In this document: positions 25,544-37,527 of the stretch, one piece after another
How the letters are laid out: each line of letters opens with the position of its first letter
Numbering within the stretch: the stretch's first letter is position 1
NCBI RefSeq assembly: GCF_003704095.1
Contig: NW_020847187.1
Location: 372,001-436,000, forward strand
Source: Pocillopora damicornis
Taxonomy: Eukaryota
Direction: 5' to 3'
Length of the DNA: 64,000 bases
Made by a program: the position numbers and the translations under genes
Notes under the pieces: model-generated
What the model saw: only the letters and a program-made list of their open reading frames with translations
What the model was told of the DNA's origin: nothing
Databases searched by the model: none

Positions 25544-27406
25544 GACAGGTCTCTGTTGATTAATTATCATGGGCAACACATCATATTTATCATGAAACAT
25601 ATTCTTTGCAGTTAGTGTTGGTCATTAATCTTTTTACTGGTAGATCACTGATGGGTACAGAGCATTCAGTGTTTTGCCATAACAAATAGCTGCTTTGTGG
25701 GAAATGAACCATGGCCTTCCCTCACTCAAGAAGAGAGCACTTCTCCTTTGGAAGGAACCAAAAGCACAATCTAAAAAGAAGTGGGATCAAACATAATAAA
25801 AATTCGGAGGATTTTTAAAATCTGACCCAGCAAATGCTAGAAGCTAGGTGTTAAGCGTTTAGCACCTGGTATTTATTTATAAACTTCTTTGAGTCAGGGA
25901 ATGTTGGCTTATAATTATTTTTTGGGTGTGTGTTAGAAACTCCCACTTCTTTTCACTGCTCTGCTGCCTCCTGCACCCTTGACTCCAGTTTAAACCTACC
26001 CTTAAAGTAAAGGATATATGGGTGATTGCAATTAAGGATTTCTCTCCCAATTTCTGCTGTCATCAAGTTGTAACTTCTTGCCCCTTCATCTCTACTCAGC
26101 TTTTTACCATATCTGTATGCCATTTGTGATTTATTAATGAACAGAGCAATGCAACATGGAATCTGTTAAGTGGAGGATATGGATTTAAATTCCCAAACCT
26201 CATCTATGATTATAGACCCAGCATGCCATTTTGAAAATGTTTTTTTTGTATCACTTTTGAATTATTACTTATTATTTTTGAAAACATGAAAGGAGATTGT
26301 CTTGTAAATCTTTTTTTTTTTTTTTTAACACCGATTTTTAACATGCCGACCACAGCACTTGTCATGTTCCATCCCTGAGCAAGGTGCTTGTTGACCATCA
26401 ACCCGAGCCATCGTTTAAACGCGTCAGCGGTCCCCTGCTCCCGATTTCCAAGATGGCTGATTGTTCAAGTCCTTAGCATACTGCAGCTACTCCATAAAGC
26501 ACAGTTTTAAATATTCACCAATACTACTGAAAATATGATTGGCACTTGATTTTCATTGTCAATGCAAGGGTAAAATCTCCTTAAAATGAACACAGGAGTA
26601 TCACTCAGGAACTTTGGACAACAACATTCTCCCTGACGCGTATCAAAATGTAAGTTTATGTAATATACCGTGTAATTAATACAGCCGTTAAATATGCACC
26701 ATGTGCTTACGTAGTAAGTTTGTATTCCTCTTTTGTTGCTTCCTGACTGCTGATACTCGAACTTAACTTCAAGGGAGGGTGGGGTCAGGATTGATCCAGA
26801 GACAAAAGATGGATCATCAGTAAACATGAAATGATGTTATGGGTGTGTTGTGGTGGTTTACTGAAACACATTCCTGAGTCTGAAAGTTAGCGACGAAGCA
26901 GTCAACTTGAGCATTTTCCCCAATCCCTTTGAGTTATACAGTTGTTTTTTGTTGATGTGCCTGCACGTTCTCTTTACCAACAGACATTATGTTATTTAAT
27001 CTTTAATGAATAGAAATGAGGCGAGAAAGTGTTGTAGCCATAATACTCCATTGACTATTGTCCTATGTGCTTACAGCTGGTTTTCAGTCGATAGCGTTAT
27101 GGAGCGTCATGCAGTACTTACATTTTGATAATTTTAATTACTCCTATTGATATGATTTTTTAAAAATACTGCTGTTGCGAAAATTTACCCTTTTCGACAT
27201 GCAACTAATCAAATTACTAAGCTGGAGGATGATTTTACTCCTGGCTGTCGCTACAATACAATGCAAACGTAATACACAGATTTTCTTTACACATTCGGTG
27301 AAGTTGGTAACGTTTTCTGTACTTTCTTTCTCTTCTATATCATTACATAAACTATCTATTTTTTTTAATTACTTATAAACATGCATGAATTATCATTTAA
27401 AGCCAT

Positions 27407-27672
27407 TTTCAATAGACTGTCGAAAGTCATCGGTCGAGAATGCTGTGGTTTCTCTTCCTTTGGTCCAAAAAACTCGCGTTACCCTCTCAACAAATTAGAT
27501 ACAAGCCTATTACCGATCACGACTTAGTCACCCTCATTTTCCCGCGCTTTGGGAAGTTTGCTTGGTTTTAGTTGGAGTTATCATTGATTCCTAAGGGAAT
27601 TTTCGTTTCTTCTGAGAGTCATTTTGATAACATTGGTTTTCGTTTTACGACTCGCAATCGAAAAGTACTCTG
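27407..27672 (+). mobile_element. Non-autonomous interspersed repeat; related inverted copy at 46565-46790 and fragment at ~1720-1870
   Basis: ttttcaatagactgtcgaaa...cgcaatcgaaaagtactct ends; internal actcgcg/ttttcccgcgc segments are mirrored at 46565-46790 (ttttcgacagtcatttagaaatg). Confidence 0.5.
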
Positions 27673-27908
27673 AGGTATGAGTGTAACGGTATCTTCGTAA
27701 TATCAATAAGGAAGAACTCTGGTCTTCCCACAAGCGATTGACCACCAAATCTGTCTGTACATTAAAGCCTTAACTCATAGTCTAATATGACTAAATGAGC
27801 TACTTATTTTAGAAGAAAAACAGCTGGCGAAACGACGAGGCTATGGAATGCATATCCCACTCGCTTGTCTTATGTTGCCTGTTAAGCTGAGATAAAAATG
27901 AATTTAAT

Positions 27909-29072
27909 TCATTTCTTCAAGGAAGGAAAGTATGAAAAGCTAAATGGTCTTGATACGCTCGTGTTAAACATTGATTCTTTGAACATCTTTTTCATAGCCA
28001 TATCACGTGCCATTTTCTTTAATTTGGCCATCTCCCGTTCTCTCCGTTCCTTTTCCTCTCTTTCTTTCTCCAGCCTTTCCTTTTCTAATCGTTCCAATTC
28101 TTTTCGTTCCATTTCGGCCATGCATTCTTTCCGAACTTTCTCTATTTCGCTTTCCACGAGCATAGAGACTTTTTTCTTAGCCTTCATTTGATCAGCGTGT
28201 AACTGGTTACGGAACTCCATTTCCGAGTCTTCCTTTCCTTGGAGGGCGTGTGTGAGATCAATGGCCGCTTGGGTTAATCCCAAAGAGTGAAGTTCCACAA
28301 TAATCTTCTGTACTTCCTCAGCTCTCTCCAATCTTTTCACCTCATGCTGCAGAAGGTTCGCCACTTTCGCTTTACCGTTTACCGTTGTCAACACAGCAGC
28401 GAGACTATGTTTCCTTCTTGCACGCGCTCGATCCAGTTCGGCTTGAATCTTCCGGAGAGAAGCGAGTTCTTCAGAATGCGCCTTGCTTCTATCGCCATAC
28501 TCAACTTCTTTACCTTTCTCTTCTTTTTTGCGCTGTGCTCGCTCTTGCATTATTCTAGCCTGCTGCTTACCTGCTCTTTCTTCCAGCCTGTCGATAGAAA
28601 CTTTCTCAGCTTCAATCCGTGTTGCAATAAGTTGTGACCTCGTATCTTCAATTACGACTTTAAATTTTCTTCTCGTTTCATTTCTTTTTGCGGCAGCTTC
28701 GTATCGTAGCCTCGTCAGTTCTTTTTTCAACGTTTGTTTAGCCCTTTGGCGAATTTCCTTTTCAGCAGTCGCAGAAAGTTTTATCAGATGATATTCGTCA
28801 TCAACGTTTTGTTTGGGCTCATCTTCGCCATCTTTTCTCCCGTTTCGTTCTTCGTCCTCGTCTTCTTCTTGAAGCGCCATCTCGTCAAGGTCACTGTCGT
28901 CGTCCATCTCGGGGGTGATTGAGCTAGCGCTTGTGATGAGAGAATGAGTTTCTGATCCCGTAAGACTTGAATTTCTCTTAGTCCCTTCAATTTTTGGTAA
29001 AACAATGCGAACATTGTTGTGGAATCCTGTGACCGCATCGTCTTTGAATCTCTTTTTGTTGTGTGGTTCCAT
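27909..29072 (-). CDS. Uncharacterised intronless coiled-coil protein, array member 2 (387 aa; ends VSRPFSFSYFPSLKK)
   Basis: ATG-to-stop ORF; clear paralogue of 31012-32211 (LRKIQxxLDRARARRK shared). Confidence 0.88.
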   Translation of the reverse strand: MEPHNKKRFKDDAVTGFHNNVRIVLPKIEGTKRNSSLTGSETHSLITSASSITPEMDDDSDLDEMALQEEDEDEERNGRKDGEDEPKQNVDDEYHLIKLSATAEKEIRQRAKQTLKKELTRLRYEAAAKRNETRRKFKVVIEDTRSQLIATRIEAEKVSIDRLEERAGKQQARIMQERAQRKKEEKGKEVEYGDRSKAHSEELASLRKIQAELDRARARRKHSLAAVLTTVNGKAKVANLLQHEVKRLERAEEVQKIIVELHSLGLTQAAIDLTHALQGKEDSEMEFRNQLHADQMKAKKKVSMLVESEIEKVRKECMAEMERKELERLEKERLEKEREEKERREREMAKLKKMARDMAMKKMFKESMFNTSVSRPFSFSYFPSLKK

Positions 29073-30821
29073 TTATACGACAAAAATGTCGCTTCGAGTT
29101 TTTGTCAACTATTGTGTTGTATTACCTCAGCGCAAAACAACTAGGGAATTCCAAAATGGTACAATCCGTTTCTTTGATGGCCAAAAGAAATCTTTTTAAG
29201 GTGGGTACATCTAGTAAAGCTTCAATAGTACTTCCTTGTTTATCAAGTTTTTTCGTGTGGTCGCATTTCTTTCTCTAGAACAGTCCGTTTCCTAGATAAA
29301 GCAACTTCCAATTAAGATAACATCATGGCTCTGAAGTAGCCTATCAGAAACTTCTTTTATCTGGTATTAGCACGTCACAGCGATATCGACAGAACTGCAA
29401 GGCCCATTGATAGAAGATTTGGAAATTATTAAAGCGAATGACTAATTTCTTGCCGCGTGTTTTTATTGTTATTGTTTCGTGTTTGGATTAATAATTCATA
29501 AATTCTGTACGAAGAATTTATTAATTTATAAGCTCACTTTATATGATAAAATCTTAAAAATGATTATCAATGTTACCAGAAGCTTACAACCTGATGTTAC
29601 CTAACTATTGGGCATCACCTGTACTTCTTACCCATCTTAATAAGTTAGAAGAAATAGGGGGGAAATTATTTTACACGTGAAATCTAAACTTTTCCAGCAG
29701 GAGGCATAAGTTTTTAGCTAGGGTTTAGAGCTCACGCATAACATCATAGTACTGCGAGCTACTTTGATTGCAGGAGCATCGGGTGAGGATTTCAGTGATG
29801 TTTTTTACTACCCGAATTCGAGTCATCAGTAATGATAGATTGCAAAGATTGCGGCTATAGTCAAATACTATAGGTATTCATTCTAGGTAGCAGCAGTAGA
29901 GCCATATCTACAGATCAGAATGATGATGGGGATGAAGACGAGGAGAAGAAGTTTATTAGAATGGCACTCATCAAAACCTGTCAGTGTGGCGTTTGCGTCG
30001 AATTTCTTAAGTTGTGCTGACATATTTGCTTTCCAATAGGCGTTTCTGGATATTTGCCCCCTGAATTCGCGTTCAGAACGTTCGGCATGCACAGGTGAAC
30101 TGTAAATGAATGGATATCACGATTTTACAACTGAGTAAAATTGTCACCTTGCGATCTCATTGTGTTGTTGTTAGCTTTGTCACCTTTTTTGTGACAACAC
30201 TTTCGGCTGTACTGGTTGTTGAATATCTTTGCGAGAAAGTTTTTTACTATAAACTGGCCTTAAAATAGAGTGTTAGGTGATAATATATCGAGTATTTTCT
30301 TTCGACGTCAAAAACTTACCTTCAACATGATTGATAAGATTAAAAGAAAAAGAAAATAAAATATAAAGGAGGTGCTGTACAAAAACAGGGATAGTAGACT
30401 GGTCTGGATGTGTTTCAAATGACCAACGTGATGCGGCGTGCCTTCACTTTTTTACTTCTTCCTTGCTTCTGCCTCTTCTTTGTTTCAACAACTCCATTTT
30501 ATCACGACTCTTGTGTTTCTATCATGATCAGGGACTCGCGTGTTTAATTATAAAAAAGTTGACTTTTTTCTCTCTAAACTAGAGAGAGAGAAACGGCATG
30601 AATAATATCGTTCAGTATTTAAACTAACCTCTATTTCATTTTTATCGAAATGTTTGGTCGTGTTTTGTGAAAAACTATTTTTAAATGAAACGCGGTTTTT
30701 ATCATCGTTTTGATAATAAGTTATCAATATGATCTCGAGGTATATAGGTGGTTTAAATACTCTGACACTTTTTTTGTCATGATTCACAACACACAATCTG
30801 CTCTCAGCGTTTTGTAAAGTC

Positions 30822-30862
30822 TGTCACGCAGCGCTGGAGGCGGGACTGCTGCGTTGCGTGAC
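30822..30862. repeat. Short hairpin-type interspersed repeat
   Basis: tgtcacgcagcgc ... gcgttgcgtgaca inverted arms. Confidence 0.55.
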
Positions 30863-31011
30863 AGCTTTTGTACCGGTTGTTACCATAGTGAACTCCTTCG
30901 TGTGGTAAAGAAGATTCTGGTACTCGAAGTTTTTCCACTGATGTTTACCGATCAACGAATCATTCCGTAATTTATTCATTATCAGACGGCTCATGGTAAC
31001 TCATGTAGTTA

Positions 31012-32211
31012 CTATTTTCGTATGGGAGGAGGAAAAAAAGAGAAAGTGTGCGCTCTTGAAATTCGTGAGGTCAGTTTAGTTTGATCAAAACTTCGCCTGA
31101 GCGCTTGATTATGAGCTTTTCTTGCCAGTGCCGCCATCACTCGCCTACGTCTTTCTCGCTCTTCTCTCGCCTCTCTTTCTTGTTCCAGTCTCTCCACCTC
31201 AGCGATCCTTTTTTTGCGTAACTTCTCCACCTCCTCTTCCTTTGTCTTTAAAGCCTCAACGCGTGCTTTATTTCTTTCTTCCTTGAGCTGATGGCGTAGT
31301 GTAATGTCAGCTTTTTCTTTCGACTGAATTGACCCACGTAAAGAATCAGCCTGCTCATTTAACCCAAGATCAACCAGGTCTTGAATCAGGTTCTGGATTT
31401 CGTCGATCCTCTCAAGTTTACGCATCTCTGTTTGCATCATCTGCTTTATTTTTCCTGCTTTCTTTGCCTTCAGGATAGAGATGAGTCCAGTCGAACTCTT
31501 TCGTCTTGCCCGAGCTCGATCTAAATCTGATTGGATTTTTCTCAAGGCAGCCATTTCCTCGACTTGTTGTCTCACCCATTCATCACCACCTCCAAAGTTG
31601 TGCTCTGGAATTTCATTCCCCTCTTTTTTGTTCTTTTTGTTCAAGATTTGCCATTTCCTCAAAGATCTATTCTTCATTATCTCGCTCTGTTTTTCTTCTG
31701 CTCTTTCTTCCAACTTGTTAACAGCCTCTTTCTCTGCGTGCACTCGAGCTTCTATCAGCATGTCGCGAGCATTGTCAATAACCTTAGTGAATTTCTTTTT
31801 TATTTGTAACTCTTTTAACCTGGCATTGTGCCAAATCTTTTTGAAATCTTCTCTTAGATTTTCTTCGACTCGATCCTCAATTTCTTGCATGTCTTTTTTA
31901 GAAAGCATATAATTGTCTGCCCGTTTATTAGAAGACAGTTTTGCATCGCTGCGAAATTCATCCAAGTCGTCGAACGAAAATTCCGAAGTCGAAACACTTT
32001 TTTCGTCTTCATGACTGTTACTGTTAGAAACAGGGGACAAACTATCCGAGTCGCCGTAAGCAGAATCAATACTTGGCAGCCCCAAGCTGCTGGTTTTCCT
32101 TGTATTTCCTCGATAAGTCTCCTGGATTGTATCCAATCTTTCGAAAGGATTTCCTCTTGCATCTGACTTAAAAATATCGACCAGAAACGGTTTATCGCGT
32201 GGAAACGACAT
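31012..32211 (-). CDS. Uncharacterised intronless coiled-coil protein, array member 3 (399 aa; ends ISRAHTFSFFPPPIRK)
   Basis: ATG-to-stop ORF; aligns along most of its length with member 2. Confidence 0.88.
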   Translation of the reverse strand: MSFPRDKPFLVDIFKSDARGNPFERLDTIQETYRGNTRKTSSLGLPSIDSAYGDSDSLSPVSNSNSHEDEKSVSTSEFSFDDLDEFRSDAKLSSNKRADNYMLSKKDMQEIEDRVEENLREDFKKIWHNARLKELQIKKKFTKVIDNARDMLIEARVHAEKEAVNKLEERAEEKQSEIMKNRSLRKWQILNKKNKKEGNEIPEHNFGGGDEWVRQQVEEMAALRKIQSDLDRARARRKSSTGLISILKAKKAGKIKQMMQTEMRKLERIDEIQNLIQDLVDLGLNEQADSLRGSIQSKEKADITLRHQLKEERNKARVEALKTKEEEVEKLRKKRIAEVERLEQEREAREERERRRRVMAALARKAHNQALRRSFDQTKLTSRISRAHTFSFFPPPIRK

Positions 32212-33880
32212 CGAGTTCTTTCAATTGATAGTGCTTGCTGATCGTCAGTTCTCACCCGGCTTTCGACACGAAATCAATAAAAAGAAATTTGTTCCCTAAT
32301 TACATGCGGTTACTATGTTATATGTTATAGGGACCTCGCACGGCGCTCTCATTCTTTGAAGTATAACCACACGAAACTGAGAGACGTGCTTGATGTTCTG
32401 CGATGATAAACACTACCTTCAGTGCTATCATTGCCTTTGGCTTATAACTATTTTTGGCCTTGTTTTTCGTGTCTGAGCAATCAAGGACTTGATAGGAAAC
32501 TCGCGATTGGAATCGTATCCCAGAGTCCAAGTTCCAGAAAAGTAAGTATATCGACGGATGTTTTTAAAAACTTTTATTTCATTAGTGTCTTCGTCTGAAA
32601 TATCTTATCAATGTTTTCAGCCGTATTTACTTTAAGAGCACAAAGAACCTCATAACTTAATAATAAAGCGGTTGACGATTCGCTTGTTTGAAGTATTTTT
32701 ACAGCGACCAAACGAAAAACAATAAGATCAATAAAATTCTACAAATAGAGAGAATCTACGCTGTCAAAGTTAACAATAGAACCTAGACTAGTATGTGTCA
32801 TTTCCTCTTTATGAATCCGTTTCTGCCGTTCAAGTTGTTTTGTGAGTCAAAATGATTTGGAACTGATTTAATTTTTTTTCTTTCCGCTTTCTTTTCTTTC
32901 GGAGGTAAGTAAGAAAAAGCGAAAGCAAGTCGTGTAGATGGTAACAAACATGGTGGGAAAAAAGGGAACCCACAACGGCACTTGTAGCACGAAGTGATCT
33001 ACAACCGTGACTTTGTAGTCCGGATGATGACTCTACCTCGCTTAAAGATTTGCGTCGAAAGAGATCACCTAAGGATGAAGTCAGTGAAAATCCTTCAATG
33101 GTGGTCTTAAATTGTTTATTTTTCTTTGTATTTTCTTCACTTATTTTCCTAACCCTTTCGTTTTGAGCTCTGTATACAAAAATGTTCAGTCTTATATGAC
33201 TTTCGTGAGTAGGAATGCATTGTTCACTTTTTACCTAAGCTCATGCTCCAATTGTTCAAAGCGCAGATGCTTGTATTTAGTCCGCAAAAATTAGGGTACA
33301 GTGAAATAAAACTAACTGAAGTGCGATGTACAGTTTTATACTCCTTGTACTCGACTCTTGGGTTATCAATGTAATTGCCGAACTTGCTGAACATTTCCTG
33401 TTTACCGCGGTTATCGCGCGAAACAGGATCATGTTTCTTCTTTCCTGCGCTTGTCGTTGGATACAGATTTTCCAGCGCTATGATAGGCCTATTTTTACTC
33501 GCACTGCTACTGACTTACGTGTTTCCCGCAGCACTACCAGGAGTTTTAATAAAACCCGGTTATCAGCAGTCTAGCACCCCCCCTAGAAGACTTCATACCG
33601 CCATCTGTTTAGCCTGTGAGCTTGCCCTCGTATTTAGGATGCGCTGTGCGACTCCTTTTCTAGGCACAACCGCCTATTACACCATCGGCAGCTGCCTGTG
33701 GAAAAAGTTATTGAAAACCCTGTACTACTGTTTAGTTTTCCTTTCTCTTCAGTGTTGTCTTCCTATTTTCCCGCTCAGTTCCTTGAGCGTTATTCTAGAT
33801 ATCATTGCTAAAATCAATGCTTGCTCTGATTGGAACCGGTTGTACTGTCAGTTTTTTTTTTTTTCAACAAACGAACTGGT

Positions 33881-35362
33881 TCAAGCTGATTTACTTAACT
33901 TTCGGCTCTGCTCAGAATGTGAGGAGCAGATGGCCCGATTTTTGCCCTTCTTCTTCGTTGACACACAAGAACATGTCGAATTTTGGCGGGAAAGACTTCT
34001 GTCGCTACTGTCGCTGTCCTCACTGCTTGACTGCTCATAGTCAGGACAAGCAGACCCTGATTCGGGTATATACAAAGGGAAATACGAGAATTTAAAAGCC
34101 CGTGATATCTTTGCGGATAGTAAAGCCTTTTGCTTTTCATACAAAAACGCAGTGTTTTTCTCTCGTCGTCGTAGAGCCTCTGCCCGTCTTTTCTCTCTTT
34201 CACGCAGTCTACTCTCTCTCATCTCCTCCTCCAACCTCTCCAGCTCCTCCATTCTCTGAAAGAAAGTCTCTCGTCTGTTTCTCTCGATATTTCTCGCCTT
34301 TTGACGGTTTTTCTCGTCTCTTTCTTCTTGAAGTTCCCGCTTGATTGCTTTGTTCAACTCTTTTTCTGTCATAACTTTAGATTCCAGAAGGTCAGTCAAG
34401 TTCTCCGCCTCTGTTTGTTTGTTCAGTTTGTAGAGTTTTCGTATGGTTTTTTTGACAGCTTTAGTCGAATTTGCCGGCTGCGAGGTATCGCTCTTACGCT
34501 GTTTTAGGATGCCTTTTGGTGGTAACCCATAACCTTTGAGAGTATCAACAGGCTTTACATCTCCATCAGAAAACCTGACATCTTTCTGTTCCTGAGTCGA
34601 CTGTTCACTCATCTCTAGGCTAGACACTCCATGGTTCTCTTTAGTTTCTGTTGCCAACAAGTCGTCTTGCTTCTTGTTTGCATCTTGACAAGTTTGGTTT
34701 TCAGCGGAAGATCGACGGAATTCGGCGGATTCACTTATGGAGGACTCACTATTTGGTTTCTGCAGTCGCTTTCCAGTAAACTCTCGTGATTTTATCTCGT
34801 AATCTTTACGCTGAACGGAACGTTTTTGTCTTTCAGTTCCTTGTCTATGAGTTGCTGAATCTTTATCGCGCCTTTTTTTCCCACTTCGCGATGTAGTGGT
34901 TTCTTGTTTTTGTACGATTTCTGCTTGATGAATGGTTTCTTTAACAGCTGTTAATTGTTTCTGTAACTCGTTCTCAAGCACACGAATGCGATCTTGCAGA
35001 AGCTTTGAAACCTTTAAGGATCTTTCGCGAAAATCCAAGTTCCTTGTTGTGTCAGTTTTCTCAAGCTGTCTTAAGTCTGAAAACGACACCAAATATTTAG
35101 ATCCTTGGACGTCGGGTAGTTCTAAACCGTCCCCACTTTTTCTCGTTTGTTTACCAAGTTCAGGAAACTCTGAGAAGCTTTTACTCGGTTCCTGTTGGTT
35201 TGGAAGATGAAGTTCGGCGTTTATTCGAGGCAGAGCCGAGTCAAAGCTGCTGGCTCTTGTGTAGACATAACTTCCGCTGTGCTCACTGTCTGAAGGGAGC
35301 ATACTGCCCACAGGAATCTCAACTGGCTGAGTTTTAGACGCGGAATGAACTGAAAACTCCAT
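33881..35362 (-). CDS. Uncharacterised intronless coiled-coil protein, array member 4 (493 aa; ISRAFKFSYFP plus Ser/Cys-rich tail)
   Basis: ATG-to-stop ORF; shares VKKTIRKLYKLNKQTEAENL, ELQEER and the aromatic motif with the paralogues. Confidence 0.87.
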   Translation of the reverse strand: MEFSVHSASKTQPVEIPVGSMLPSDSEHSGSYVYTRASSFDSALPRINAELHLPNQQEPSKSFSEFPELGKQTRKSGDGLELPDVQGSKYLVSFSDLRQLEKTDTTRNLDFRERSLKVSKLLQDRIRVLENELQKQLTAVKETIHQAEIVQKQETTTSRSGKKRRDKDSATHRQGTERQKRSVQRKDYEIKSREFTGKRLQKPNSESSISESAEFRRSSAENQTCQDANKKQDDLLATETKENHGVSSLEMSEQSTQEQKDVRFSDGDVKPVDTLKGYGLPPKGILKQRKSDTSQPANSTKAVKKTIRKLYKLNKQTEAENLTDLLESKVMTEKELNKAIKRELQEERDEKNRQKARNIERNRRETFFQRMEELERLEEEMRESRLREREKRRAEALRRREKNTAFLYEKQKALLSAKISRAFKFSYFPLYIPESGSACPDYEQSSSEDSDSSDRSLSRQNSTCSCVSTKKKGKNRAICSSHSEQSRKLSKSA

Positions 35363-37527
35363 GATGGATGACTCAAGGATGCTCTATCAACTACACCGGA
35401 GATGTTTGTTTTCAGTCCACTCGTTATGAAATTATTCCTTTGTTGGCATTTTACAGCTCTTTAGCGCCGCGAGTCCACCACTCAGGTCTCTAATTCTCAT
35501 CCACTCAGGTGTAAATTATACTGTTTGCAAAATAGGTGTTGATACCAGCGACAAAAGTGAAAAATTTTTGCGGTAATTTTTACTCTTTAAATTCTCGTTT
35601 TCGTCTTAATTCGTTTCCGCACACTGTGTCAAAGACTTAAAATTTAGTGTTAACGACGTGGAACGTTTGTTTTTGTCCTTAATTATAGGGCGTGTTCGAA
35701 GGTACTACAGCAACTAACTCTGTTTGTTTCATAGACCCAACGTTCGGAATGGTTCGCGCTCAATTCATTAAGACGCTAGTCATTCATATCGGGTCGAGTT
35801 GTATACTTTTGTCGGTGCTTGCCCATTTTAGATCCCAGAATTCTCGTGACTTAAGTCAACTGGTAGGAAAGACCCATAAAGGTAAATGAAAACGTGTAAC
35901 TGTAGGGAAGAAAACGGCGCCTGTCGGTAATGATGTGAGCTCTCTAAAATCGATGATGACGAGTTTCAATGTTCCTCTTGTTAAGCTGGGTTAAAAATAT
36001 ATTTTCAATTCTGCGCCATCTTTGTCACAATTCCTCCGCTTTTAGATTTTTAACGGTGTTTATTTTAAGGCTGTAAATCGCAGCATGTCTTGAGACATTT
36101 GACATCAAATAAACTTTTACATGAAGGTAATGGAAAAAAAGATGTGAGCGACAGTTGACTGATCAGTTTACACTTTTGATTTACTCTGAACTCTCCAACC
36201 GTCACAATTGGTTAGACTCAGGGTCATTAGCTTACAATTCCGTTCCTTAATGCTTCAGTTTGCGTTTGCGCCGTAAGAAACGCTTTCTTTGTATCATTCA
36301 AAGTTGATTGTTTGCTCTACTTAACCTTTTACGTCCTTTTACAATATTTCATGTTCGAATTTACTCCAAATACACTAAGTTTGCCCTAGAGTTTTGCTTA
36401 AGCATTGTTTTTAAAACAACAACAGCAACATTCTTTACCTATGTCCTCTTCAGATTTTACAAAATGTGGGAAAAATCAAGATAAACGAAAGGAATAATGT
36501 TAATAAATACATCGACCATATAATACCTATTTGCAAGAGGGATAAGTACCGCCTCGTAGAAGAAGCGAATACTAGTCGTGCTAAGTGAAAGTCAGTATTG
36601 TGTTTGTAGACGTAAATTTCCTTTGATCGCATTGAGGATTATAACATAAAAGAAAGCACGTTTTTACACCACTGTCAACCTGAATATTTATCATGCCTCA
36701 AAAATACCTCTATTTGTCGCATATTTTCAGTTTAAGCACCTTCTTGATTTAGAGAATGAAAAGGCATTATGTCGGGAAACTCTATGTAATCCCTGTGCAA
36801 AAGTTACGTAGATCATTTTGTATTGTCAAATTTGCTAAATTATTTTTTTCGCAGCTTTGTTTCCTTAACTACAAGTATTTTTTTGGTTTCCATTGTTCAT
36901 GAAGAAAGTTTGAGAAAAGTGGAGGAGTTCTCGAAATTTCCGTGTATTGCCCTACCGAATAAACAGTTGTGACCCACCCCTGTTCACGTTTATTCAATCC
37001 TTTGGTTTGCTAAATTTTTGTCCTTGCCCTTTGCATTATAAAAGGTTGTTCCTTCCCCAACTTTTATCAAGTTTGCGAAGAAGAAGTTGCAAGATTTTCT
37101 TTCGTACAGGTTTGTTCCATTAGGACCAATTTTTTTTGTGAGCCATTCAACCGAGCAGGTAGTTGTTGTTTGAGATAATGTATTTGAAACCACAATCAGA
37201 GCACATGTTTATTCATATCGCGACGGTTCTGAAAGGATTCGAAAAATGTATTGTTCCCTTCACCTCATGCACGACAAAGCGGGATTTAGACCTGTCGGAG
37301 TGATGAATACAAATCTATGAGGAGGAATTGCACCTCGGCCTTTCCTTTGCTTCTGCTCCTCAGCGTTTTCCGAATAGTGTGTGGCATGTTTACACACTCT
37401 TTACCCTTAGGTTAGAACATGAAACAGATGATCGAGCTTTTATTTGGCCCGCATTAAACGGCTATAGCGAACTTCGACGAATGAGGAACAAAACCTCCCA
37501 AGATTTGCATTTACGTGAGGAGACTCG

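Noticed and set aside
27898-32166. Several plus-strand Ser/Leu/Phe-rich ORFs
   Set aside because: Antisense shadows of the E/K/R-rich coding strands.
33375-34040. 221-aa plus-strand ORF
   Set aside because: Non-ATG start, no recognisable domain, overlaps the 3' end of array member 4 antisense; likely chance.
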